From IMG/VR virus record IMGVR_UViG_3300037461_001800, positions 1-61,892 of that record: DNA of 61,892 nucleotides; one strand, written 5' to 3'. Below are positions 51,693 to 60,203 of this stretch, in pieces. Position 1 is the stretch's first letter; every line of letters begins with the position of its first letter. The DNA comes from a virus. Lineage: Duplodnaviria; Caudoviricetes. Made by a program: the position numbers and the translations under genes. The notes beneath the pieces are model-generated. The model saw nothing but the letters and a program-made list of their open reading frames with translations. It had not been told where the DNA came from and searched no databases.

Positions 51693-52031
51693 TTAGAAAG
51701 ATTTAACAACAACGTCTGATGATGTTATTACCGGGTTTTTTTCTCTTTCCGAGAGAACTGGAGGAGAAAATACTTTTTCCACCTTAAATACAACAATCCC
51801 GCTTTCGTCTAAAAACGGAACCTCCGCAATAGTTAAACACGGACCATCTCTGTCGAATTTCATTATTGACTCTTTTGAAAGCAGACTCTTGTCGATCGGG
51901 ATTTTACTATAACCGCCAATTATACGACATAAGATTCTTTTTCCTTTAAACATCAAAGGACTCGCTCCTTTGGATGGACACGATTGCGCCACAGCGCATT
52001 TACCGCATTCTCGTTCTAAATTCATAGGCAT
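51693..52031 (-). CDS. Cys-containing hypothetical protein
   Basis: CGKCxxxxSCPSKG. Confidence 0.6.
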   Translation of the reverse strand: MPMNLERECGKCAVAQSCPSKGASPLMFKGKRILCRIIGGYSKIPIDKSLLSKESIMKFDRDGPCLTIAEVPFLDESGIVVFKVEKVFSPPVLSEREKNPVITSSDVVVKSF

Positions 52032-52068
52032 ACCATACTGCTCAAGGTTTTATCATTTTTCTTTTTAA

Positions 52069-52965
52069 ATGCCCACTAGAGCGAAATCAGCTAAATCTGT
52101 CGTTTCTATCATTCAGGAACGAGAAATAGCCAGACCACTAGACGATATTGGGGTATTTGAAATTGATCTAGTAGAAAATCGAATTATATGGACAAACGAG
52201 TGTGGAGTATGCAAATCTGGATACACAATTGATCAGATCAAACATATGACATTATTTGATCTGACTCCACAGGCATCTCATGGATGTATCCATGAGATTG
52301 TTTCCAATATAATCGAAAATAAGCCAATTGTTGATAAAGAACTAACTTCCATATGGCCTATGCAGACATTTGATAAAAAAATAATTTGGTGGGCCATTAC
52401 CAAATTAGTAATTGAATATCCGATAGTTTTAGTTTATGGTAATCACATTCAAACAACTGGTGACTCAGATATGTCATATGTTTTTATGTGTACATTCATG
52501 CGCGCGGCTAATGGTCAAGTTGGATTATATAATCAACTTTCAGAGTTAAAAGCCTGGACTGATGACCAGATAAAGAAGTTATCAGATGAGGATAAAAACC
52601 TTCATGCAGGACTTAGCTCTCTTGAAAGGAAGCTTGAGGAAGCTTTGACAGCGTCTAAAGAAGCCGCTGAAACTTCAAGGGCTTCAGCCGCGATGACTGA
52701 GAATTTACAAAAAACATTCCAAAACATCGAGACAAAATACGGATCCGAAATTCTGAAACTTGTAAACATTGACTCTGTTCATGATAAAAGGATCGACGCC
52801 TTTGAAAAACATATACAAATGACCACCGATCTAGCAATCGGGTCTATAAAAATGCAAGCCGAAAATTATTCCAAAAATTTAAGCAGAAAAATTGTCATTC
52901 CTGTGTCAGTTATAGCAGGAATTGTGACGATTATCCAGATTTTAGTTGAACGTTTTGTGAAATAA
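52069..52965 (+). CDS. PAS-like domain + coiled coil + C-terminal membrane anchor
   Basis: IGVFEID...IIWTN..C..SGYT.DQI....LFDLTP; heptad region; hydrophobic C-terminus. Confidence 0.65.
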   Translation: MPTRAKSAKSVVSIIQEREIARPLDDIGVFEIDLVENRIIWTNECGVCKSGYTIDQIKHMTLFDLTPQASHGCIHEIVSNIIENKPIVDKELTSIWPMQTFDKKIIWWAITKLVIEYPIVLVYGNHIQTTGDSDMSYVFMCTFMRAANGQVGLYNQLSELKAWTDDQIKKLSDEDKNLHAGLSSLERKLEEALTASKEAAETSRASAAMTENLQKTFQNIETKYGSEILKLVNIDSVHDKRIDAFEKHIQMTTDLAIGSIKMQAENYSKNLSRKIVIPVSVIAGIVTIIQILVERFVK

Positions 52966-52980
52966 TATTTATCTAGAATG

Positions 52981-53769
52981 TCATTTGCGAGTTGGCTTGG
53001 TTACATTTAGACTTGTAGGTGGTGTTGCTGGATAAGTGCGATTGAGTGTTATAGCATTTTTCCTAGCTGTGTTCACATCGTCTCGACGTACCCACATACG
53101 AAGTCTTTCTTCTATGTCGTTTGCACTTCCAGACTCAGTTACGTCTGGATATTCATCTATACTGAATTCATAGTCATAGACTATGTCACTAAGCATTATT
53201 TTTCCCCAATACCTATCCCCAACATCGAATTCTAGTGCTGGTAGTCCACTATCGTCCGTAACATGAACGAAATTCCATCCCTTTCTACTCATTTCTATTG
53301 ACAGCTTCTCAATTTCATCTTTGTGTAAAGCCATCAAGACTGGTCTTGGGTTAGTTCTTACAAACTTAACCAAGTTAGAAAGCCGCTTCAACACTGCAGA
53401 AGCAACTCTCGGATCAATTTTTTCGTGTTCTATAGCCTCAGCAAGACGTTCCAAGAAAACTACAGGACATGATGCATATTTTTCAAGAAAAGCGTTACCA
53501 GGGATGTCTCCTATCATAAAATTGATTATATCTTCAGTTGGTTCTGAAGAATACCCCTCGTCCTTGTCATTTAAGTCTTCTACTGATTGGGCTATCCAGT
53601 GATATATAGTCATCACTGCCTTAAGTTTCAAACGGTACGGATAAGCTTCAACTTCGATTGATCCATTATCTAAGAATTTGACGTCATAGTCGGCCCTTCG
53701 GCCTATAAGATTCAAAACATCATCAATTGTAGTAATGGCCACATGAAAATCCATGTCACAATGAAACAA
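52981..53769 (-). CDS. Hypothetical protein
   Basis: 262-aa acidic ORF. Confidence 0.65.
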   Translation of the reverse strand: MFHCDMDFHVAITTIDDVLNLIGRRADYDVKFLDNGSIEVEAYPYRLKLKAVMTIYHWIAQSVEDLNDKDEGYSSEPTEDIINFMIGDIPGNAFLEKYASCPVVFLERLAEAIEHEKIDPRVASAVLKRLSNLVKFVRTNPRPVLMALHKDEIEKLSIEMSRKGWNFVHVTDDSGLPALEFDVGDRYWGKIMLSDIVYDYEFSIDEYPDVTESGSANDIEERLRMWVRRDDVNTARKNAITLNRTYPATPPTSLNVTKPTRK

Positions 53770-53776
53770 TTAAAGC

Positions 53777-54733
53777 TTATGCTGAATTCAGTTCAATGAT
53801 TCTTTTCATTGTGGTCATCATGACGGTGTTTGGAGACAAGTCCCCTAGAAGTCTAAACCCGGCTGCTTTTCCGTGTCCACCTCCTCCAAAAGATTTGGCA
53901 AGATCAGAAGCTGAAAAACACCCATTCGTCCTAACAGAAACAATTGTACGCATGTCTTCGTCTTCATGAAGATAGAAATATCCAACTACAGCATCATACA
54001 ACATATCATTCATGATACAATGAGCAATATCGCTCATTGAACCTCTCTCTGAGAGGTTGAAGAAAGCTATACGAGTAGTTTTGTCCCCAATAATTATGTC
54101 ATATTTAACAGATGATCGAGTGAAACTCTTTGATGCTCGAAGAACTTTATCATAGAGTTTTTCTCCAATAAATAAAAGCTCCTTCATCGGGGGAACTTTC
54201 CCAGTGTTGGCCATATTCAGTGCCCATTTTTGGCCGTATAGGAGGAGAGCATGGGAGAGTGCACACGCTTCATACCAGTCTGGAGATGTGTCTTTCCATG
54301 TGTCTCTAACCATGCAGAGATGTGTAAATCTCTCCCAGGTTTTTAGATCTTCAGGAGATATCTTATCACCAACTAGCGGAAGCATAATATTTGAATAGAC
54401 CAGCATTGTTCCGGATTCATCTGGTCCCCCATATATACCATTAAGACCATCTATGATATGAGACACTGTTTCATGATGATCAAGGACGATCGGGGACGAC
54501 CCCTTCCATTCTTCCCATCTGTCTTTTGGGGGAGTGATATCAATAAATAGCTGTCTAGGTCTCACCGTTAGGTCTGTATGAGACTTTGTACTATACAGTA
54601 TGAAATTTGTTGGAGGGGGTTGAACTCCCATGGCAACATAGGCTGCTGTGCAAACCATGGCAGCCCCAATTCCATCCGGGCATCCAGAATGGGATACTAT
54701 TTCGGACACTTGAAGAAGGGCATCTCTATTCAT
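53777..54733 (-). CDS. DHH/DHHA1 phosphoesterase
   Basis: HxxCPDG, FIDI, LDHH, SVR, FGGGGHxxAAGF. Confidence 0.88.
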   Translation of the reverse strand: MNRDALLQVSEIVSHSGCPDGIGAAMVCTAAYVAMGVQPPPTNFILYSTKSHTDLTVRPRQLFIDITPPKDRWEEWKGSSPIVLDHHETVSHIIDGLNGIYGGPDESGTMLVYSNIMLPLVGDKISPEDLKTWERFTHLCMVRDTWKDTSPDWYEACALSHALLLYGQKWALNMANTGKVPPMKELLFIGEKLYDKVLRASKSFTRSSVKYDIIIGDKTTRIAFFNLSERGSMSDIAHCIMNDMLYDAVVGYFYLHEDEDMRTIVSVRTNGCFSASDLAKSFGGGGHGKAAGFRLLGDLSPNTVMMTTMKRIIELNSA

Positions 54734-55673
54734 TATTTCTATCCTTCACCTGACTGACGATTGTGTCGACGGTTAGGCTCAACTGCTCAATTGAGCCGTT
54801 ATTCATAACTACATAGTCAAATTCCGAATCTGGGATGGTTTCCTGTTCAGTTTCAGATCTGTGGTTATATGGGGCCTTTTCGATCCCAGGTCGCTTCACT
54901 CTAATTAAGATTGGCCTGAATTCATTTGACTCTTTGGCGGCTTGTCTAGTATATAAAATTTCATGCCAATGACGGAAATCAGAGAAGCATGTGATGACGT
55001 CCCCAGTTACCTCCCGACGAGTCTCGACATTATCAATCACACACTCATTATCTATGAGCCCAAGCATGCGGTCATAACAATATACCGGATGCCTTGTCTG
55101 ATTAAGTCCATCTGTCTTAAAACAGGCTAACTTCCTATGAACTTCTATACCATGCCTTACCCAAGTAAATAAATACATTTTGTTCATCAGGTTACAATAT
55201 TTCTGCAGAGCTTCACGCGGTGATAAGAAAAACCTAGGATCGGTTTCTTCGAAGAATAGACGTATATACCCTTCTTGTTGTGAATGCCGGAAATGATCAA
55301 GAGTTTCCATACCAAGATCATTGAGAAACTGCACCTCATCTCCTTTAGAGAGATCTAAGTCTATACACCACCAGTGTTTGGACGGATCAGTGTAACTGTC
55401 TTGACTGGTGTCAAGTGTTAGTTCACTTTGGCTTGTTCGACGTCCTTTATATGCTGTAACTATTGTTTTGGGATATCGGCAGTCCCCGGCATTTCTCATA
55501 TAGCTAGGTCCAAAGAGTTGGTCCCTAGTAAAACCATATACCTCTGCCATATGGCGCTTTGCTGGGTCTGTTAAACCGGTATGGACCGCTCCATGTTTAT
55601 TCACAAGCCTATAACAAAATTCATCTTTTCCAACTCCGGAAAACCCAGACACACAAAACATTAAATGAGTCAT
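54726..55673 (-). CDS. Deoxynucleoside monophosphate kinase (phage dNMP kinase type, with insertions)
   Basis: P-loop SGFSGVGKD, DPAK..F..DQLFGPS, SPREALQ, SDFRHxHE, HRSE, NNGSIEQL. Confidence 0.8.
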   Translation of the reverse strand: MTHLMFCVSGFSGVGKDEFCYRLVNKHGAVHTGLTDPAKRHMAEVYGFTRDQLFGPSYMRNAGDCRYPKTIVTAYKGRRTSQSELTLDTSQDSYTDPSKHWWCIDLDLSKGDEVQFLNDLGMETLDHFRHSQQEGYIRLFFEETDPRFFLSPREALQKYCNLMNKMYLFTWVRHGIEVHRKLACFKTDGLNQTRHPVYCYDRMLGLIDNECVIDNVETRREVTGDVITCFSDFRHWHEILYTRQAAKESNEFRPILIRVKRPGIEKAPYNHRSETEQETIPDSEFDYVVMNNGSIEQLSLTVDTIVSQVKDRNNE

Positions 55674-55709
55674 GAAATGTTATTACATTCAATATGAGTT
55701 AGAAAGGTG

Positions 55710-56417
55710 TCATCTGCCTTTACCTCGAATAGACAGGGTCCCAAAAACACTAGCGCTATACCAAAGAACGAGATCTATAATTCCAAGCGGCAGTCTTTTA
55801 CCACTGTTGCTCTCGTGTTCTTTCTGAAGTGTCTCACACATGGTTACGCAATCTTTGAACCCCCAATGTTTAGCCATTCGTACAAGATGAAGGTCTGGTT
55901 TGATAAACTCGAGAAGTCCGATATTGCGCGCTAGATGGAAACAAGTGACCTTTCCAATATATGGAAGCTTTGAAAGGAGCTCTGGAGAATTAAGATTCGC
56001 TTTTTTCCAAGCGTCCCACCCAATACCATTCGGTCCGTCAATACCTTTCTGCATTAGTTTTGCTGTTGCATGGACAGCCTTTGCCTTCTGTGAGTTGTTG
56101 CATACGGGTGCAACATATCTCATAACCTCAGAGAATTCCACGCTGGCTAGAGACTGCCATTGCCCATAGGCGCTCAAAAGTCTCGGTATGAATTTCCCAA
56201 CGGCTTTAGCAGAAAAACCCGTTGCATGAACGACCCATACGTACTCTTGGAAAAAGAAATTATCGTCTACATCTTCAAATTTGGTGGATGAGAGTGTCTC
56301 TAACTGCTCTGGATAGTGTTGTTCAACAAATTTTAGAGCAGCTTCGAAATACTCAGGGGGTCCCGCTGACAAATCTGGCGGGTTATTAATTCCAGATAGC
56401 GTCTTGTGTGGTTCCAT
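55710..56417 (-). CDS. Helix-hairpin-helix DNA glycosylase-like protein
   Basis: LSKLPYIGKVT..HLARNIG...KPDLHL. Confidence 0.7.
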   Translation of the reverse strand: MEPHKTLSGINNPPDLSAGPPEYFEAALKFVEQHYPEQLETLSSTKFEDVDDNFFFQEYVWVVHATGFSAKAVGKFIPRLLSAYGQWQSLASVEFSEVMRYVAPVCNNSQKAKAVHATAKLMQKGIDGPNGIGWDAWKKANLNSPELLSKLPYIGKVTCFHLARNIGLLEFIKPDLHLVRMAKHWGFKDCVTMCETLQKEHESNSGKRLPLGIIDLVLWYSASVFGTLSIRGKGR

Positions 56418-56661
56418 AACTTTCGATCTCACAATCGAAAGTTATGGCAATGTCGTCCCTCCATTCCCTGTTATCCATGACGTGTTCTCTCCTTTCCTGT
56501 TGAGCTTTTTTCCAACAAGAATGACAGAAAATGGAATGGTGATCGTCTGAAGTGAAACGTCGAACAGACTTAAACCCATTCCCACAATGAGAACACGTTC
56601 CCGATTCTGGATTCCATAATATGTGCATCTTCCTACGTTTCCGTGATGATAGAAACGTCAT
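56386..56661 (-). CDS. Small zinc-finger protein
   Basis: CSHCG...CHSC. Confidence 0.55.
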   Translation of the reverse strand: MTFLSSRKRRKMHILWNPESGTCSHCGNGFKSVRRFTSDDHHSIFCHSCWKKAQQERREHVMDNREWRDDIAITFDCEIESYGTTQDAIWN

Positions 56662-56719
56662 GAAAGACGAAGTTCAACTGTTTTTATATGAATTCCAACG
56701 ATAATCATATAAGATTGGT

Positions 56720-56902
56720 TTAGCGATTCATAACGGATTTTAACATCCGACCAAATACATCTGTTGCATTTCTCAAGGCAGACGCCTCATCAGCACTAGA
56801 CGCGGAGTACAAGGAATTCCTACGCTTCACTTCATCACTTACAACGTCTAATAGATCGAGTAGCTCTATATCACTAAGTTCTCTGAGATTTAGATGAGTC
56901 AT
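56720..56902 (-). CDS. Small helical hypothetical protein with the C-terminal tag
   Basis: RBS present; ends MLKSVMNR. Confidence 0.6.
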   Translation of the reverse strand: MTHLNLRELSDIELLDLLDVVSDEVKRRNSLYSASSADEASALRNATDVFGRMLKSVMNR

Positions 56903-56953
56903 GATTTCTTCCCCATATACTAAACCGTAGACAGTTGTTCGTATTCCGATACA

Positions 56954-57517
56954 TTAGTCAGGTATGAAGTCTTTGCGTGTGGTGAGCGCGACATACGGCA
57001 AACCTGCTTCGCACAGCGCCTGGCCCCCGCCTTCTAGGCGGTCGACGATGACCACGACGCCCACCGGGTTGAGGCCTGCCTGGCGAAGAGTGTCAGCCGC
57101 ACGTAGGGTGGAGCCACCCGTCGTGATGACATCTTCGAGCAGCACGACGGGCATACCGGGACGCATTGCTTGGTCACCCTCAATGAGCTTCTTCATTCCG
57201 TGATCCTTCTGCGTCTTGCGAACATAGAAGGCAGGCATGGGGCGGTTGCGGAGATAGCTGGTAAGCGAGACGGCGGAGGCCAGAGGACAGCCGCCAAGCT
57301 CAACTCCGGCGACGGCTTCGGCGGGCTCGGGCAATTCATCGAGGGCATCGAACATGAGCTTGCCGAGCAGCGCGTGGCCCTCGGCGGTTAGAGCAACCTG
57401 CTTGCAGTCAATAAAAAAGTCGCTCTCGCGGCCGGATGCGAGAATAACGCGCTTGCGCTGGAAGGAACGTTCGGTGAGAAGTGCAATGAGTCTATCTCGT
57501 TGGGCAATGTTGATCAT
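56954..57517 (-). CDS. pyrE: Orotate phosphoribosyltransferase (GC-rich gene)
   Basis: LASGRES..FIDC, VRK..KDHG, LEDVITTGGS, VDRLEGG. Confidence 0.96.
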   Translation of the reverse strand: MINIAQRDRLIALLTERSFQRKRVILASGRESDFFIDCKQVALTAEGHALLGKLMFDALDELPEPAEAVAGVELGGCPLASAVSLTSYLRNRPMPAFYVRKTQKDHGMKKLIEGDQAMRPGMPVVLLEDVITTGGSTLRAADTLRQAGLNPVGVVVIVDRLEGGGQALCEAGLPYVALTTRKDFIPD

Positions 57518-57645
57518 GGCTTAGGGCTGTTGTGTTTGAGAACGAGTTTCTTAGATTTTTCTTTTAGCGAAGACACGACTGGAGGAAAGAGCTTATTGTT
57601 TAGTTTCGTTGGAAATGTTGATAAGGTATTCGGTAGTTCTAGCTA

Positions 57646-58773
57646 TCATGAATCGTGCGGAGGTGTCTGGAGTAGACATTTGGAACGAAGGGATATGGCA
57701 AATGCTTTCTGTGTTTTTTCTCCAGGGATTCCGTCTGAAACTAGTCCGCACGCCGTCTGAAAATTTTTGACCGCTTGTCTCGTTTTTGGCCCATACGTTC
57801 CGTCTGCCCCCTTTGGACCGAGGTCATATCCTCTTAAAATTAGTTCTTTCTGAATTTCTTTAATATCAAGAAGATGTTTAGATGTTTCAGAAATTCCCAT
57901 CTGTGTATTCCATACAGCCAGATCCTGTGCAAAATCCGGAAGGTCAACCCCATATAACTTTTCTAAAACCGGCCTAATTTTATCATATCGGCCTGGGTAT
58001 ATCATTATCTTTGGCCCAAAAGTTAGCTGACGTAATATATCAATAGCCCAAACTTTTGACCATGGGGTTGCCTTTGTTTGACTAACAGCCATACAAAGGT
58101 TCTTTGAAGCAACAGCAGGCAAGTTTGCAGCAAAGCTGCAATAAGCAGACCTTAAGGCTCCATTAATTCCATTGTTATCCTGAGGAGAACTCGAGCCAAA
58201 CAAAATCTCCTTTGATGCCTTGGTGTAGAAAATATTAAGTCTAGAGGCTGTGTGTTCAACTTGGATTAGCTGAGCAGCTTTGTTTTCCCATACAGATGCA
58301 ACACAGGAAGCCCAGAACAAAGCATGCTGCTTAGAAGCATCATTCCACAATCCCTTTTCTCCACTGCATGCTAAGAAAAGAGACTGCTGCTTAGCTAATG
58401 TATTCACTTCCCCACGACCGTCATTGAAGAAAAATCTCCACTTTCCATCCTTGCGTTTACGAAACGATGCTTGCGAAGCCTTTAAGGCCAGATCAAGCGG
58501 GGAAAGCAGAGAATAATCTTTATCAGCGACAATCCCAAGCATATTTGACACAAAGTAATGAGCTTCGCACCATTGAATTAAACCAGAGCTAAGCACACAT
58601 GAGTCATACATATTAATGGCGTCAAAACGTCCGCCTTCAGTCGTTGTGATTACAGCTAATGTTTTATCGTTATGTGTTGGATTCTGCGGTAAAGAATAAC
58701 TGCATTTCCCAAGATAATACGGGCCTTCCCATTGTTTATATGATCCCCATTTAATGTCGTTGACATTAGCCAT
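57646..58773 (-). CDS. Lysin-like protein: putative lysozyme-like N-domain plus C-terminal PG-binding domain
   Basis: TEGGRFDAINMYD..SSGLIQW; GYDLGPKGADGTYGPKT..FQ..GL.SDGI.G. Confidence 0.75.
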   Translation of the reverse strand: MANVNDIKWGSYKQWEGPYYLGKCSYSLPQNPTHNDKTLAVITTTEGGRFDAINMYDSCVLSSGLIQWCEAHYFVSNMLGIVADKDYSLLSPLDLALKASQASFRKRKDGKWRFFFNDGRGEVNTLAKQQSLFLACSGEKGLWNDASKQHALFWASCVASVWENKAAQLIQVEHTASRLNIFYTKASKEILFGSSSPQDNNGINGALRSAYCSFAANLPAVASKNLCMAVSQTKATPWSKVWAIDILRQLTFGPKIMIYPGRYDKIRPVLEKLYGVDLPDFAQDLAVWNTQMGISETSKHLLDIKEIQKELILRGYDLGPKGADGTYGPKTRQAVKNFQTACGLVSDGIPGEKTQKAFAISLRSKCLLQTPPHDS

Positions 58774-58886
58774 ATCAACCTCTTGATGTCTACTCGCTGT
58801 TTTTTAACAGAAATTCACATAGAAAATTGTTCTCTTAACTATACAGTGTAACTTTTTGACATAGGTTTCTCAAAAAACTTCCAGAT

Positions 58887-59291
58887 GTGTGTATTAAACT
58901 GGTTGGAATTTTGAAAGAGGTTATAGATGAAATGAGTGACTCGTCTACGCTCGCCGAGCGCACAGCTCCGGCAGTCATCAATTTGAAAGAGGTTATAGAC
59001 GAAATGAATGATTTATCAGAGCCAAAGGTTTCTTCTTTTAGAAAACTAAAGTTAAGGTGTATACCCACTACGCCGAGTATCATATCGAATGGAGACTCCG
59101 ATAGCGAGTTTTTTGAAATAGACTCTGAAAAAATGATGATTCTTGTCATCAAGACGGAAAATCATGACGCTTTCCGTAACGGAGAAGCCCTCCAAGGGAT
59201 GTCAAACGCCGTTGAGACGATAACGGGAAAACCGACTATGGCAGTTCTTCTCTCACCTGGAGAAGAATTCGAGATATGGGAAGAAGAATGA
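58887..59291 (+). CDS. Hypothetical protein with a duplicated 5' segment
   Basis: LKEVIDEM(S/N)D occurs twice; start codon uncertain. Confidence 0.55.
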   Translation: MCIKLVGILKEVIDEMSDSSTLAERTAPAVINLKEVIDEMNDLSEPKVSSFRKLKLRCIPTTPSIISNGDSDSEFFEIDSEKMMILVIKTENHDAFRNGEALQGMSNAVETITGKPTMAVLLSPGEEFEIWEEE

Positions 59292-59485
59292 TACTGAAAC
59301 GATTACTATCACGGATTTTGCCTCGTAGAAATAGGAATCTGCCTTGTCTCGTGGACGCCGAAACCGCTGCTAACACGCTGCGTGAATTCCGTTATCCCGG
59401 GTCAGACTTACTTCCTTCTCCTTGTACGACTGAAGCTCTTCAAGAGTTTCTTGAACGTGAAAAACTGAATCTGAGAATTAACTAG
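59288..59485 (+). CDS. Hypothetical protein
   Basis: ATGA overlap with the upstream gene. Confidence 0.55.
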   Translation: MILKRLLSRILPRRNRNLPCLVDAETAANTLREFRYPGSDLLPSPCTTEALQEFLEREKLNLRIN

Positions 59486-59515
59486 ATGTGACGACCGTGA
59501 TCTTCGGATATAGAA

Positions 59516-59629
59516 ATGAAAACCCGTGAAGTTACTCGTTGCATATTAGATATGATTTACATACTAGCTCTCGTTGTTATCATAACGCCTTTTATCTATG
59601 CAATGATAATTATGTTAATACCAGATTAA
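59516..59629 (+). CDS. 37-aa membrane peptide (not in the ORF track)
   Basis: MKTREVTRCILDMIYILALVVIITPFIYAMIIMLIPD. Confidence 0.45.
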   Translation: MKTREVTRCILDMIYILALVVIITPFIYAMIIMLIPD

Positions 59630-59699
59630 CATAATCAGAAGAAATTAGATTTAACACCCGTCGAATAACACGGGAATTCACGTTATAATGACGTAATTT

Positions 59700-60041
59700 A
59701 TGACTATGAATTATAACGGAACCTATTGTCTAAGACAATGGACATCTGATGTGGATGTGAAAGAAGATCTGGAGGATCAACACAACCCACTTCATATGGC
59801 ATTCGTTTCTGTTTGCAGGGAGGTAGAACCGATAGACGTTGGATTAAGAGACGGGTCACTAGCTACTGTGGAAATTAAAAACCTTCCAAACGGAGACCGC
59901 CTGATCAAAGCTGTTAGTGAGGGGCGCGAAGCCCACCGAACAGCTCCTATATGCAAAAAATGTGGAACGCATATGTTCCTTAGATTCCATCTATATAACG
60001 GATGTGAAGATGTGATTGTCGAAGAAATTATGGATCTTTAG
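59700..60041 (+). CDS. CxxC protein with the shared C-terminal tag
   Basis: CKKCG..H; ends CEDVIVEEIMDL; TATAAT upstream at 59684-59689. Confidence 0.65.
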   Translation: MTMNYNGTYCLRQWTSDVDVKEDLEDQHNPLHMAFVSVCREVEPIDVGLRDGSLATVEIKNLPNGDRLIKAVSEGREAHRTAPICKKCGTHMFLRFHLYNGCEDVIVEEIMDL

Positions 60042-60087
60042 TATGAAACACTAACGGGCAAATCGTTTCAGCATGTTGAGGAGAATC

Positions 60088-60177
60088 ATGAAAACCAGTA
60101 AGAAGAACCGATTCATCCCCACGTCAGTTAAACGCTCTTCACAACGTAAGCGTCGTCGACCGCTAGGGAAGCGATAA
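60088..60177 (+). CDS. 29-aa Lys/Arg-rich peptide (not in the ORF track)
   Basis: GAGGAG-N4-ATG; MKTSKKNRFIPTSVKRSSQRKRRRPLGKR. Confidence 0.5.
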   Translation: MKTSKKNRFIPTSVKRSSQRKRRRPLGKR

Positions 60178-60203
60178 AACGAATTCAAAAGATGTACTAC
60201 ACA

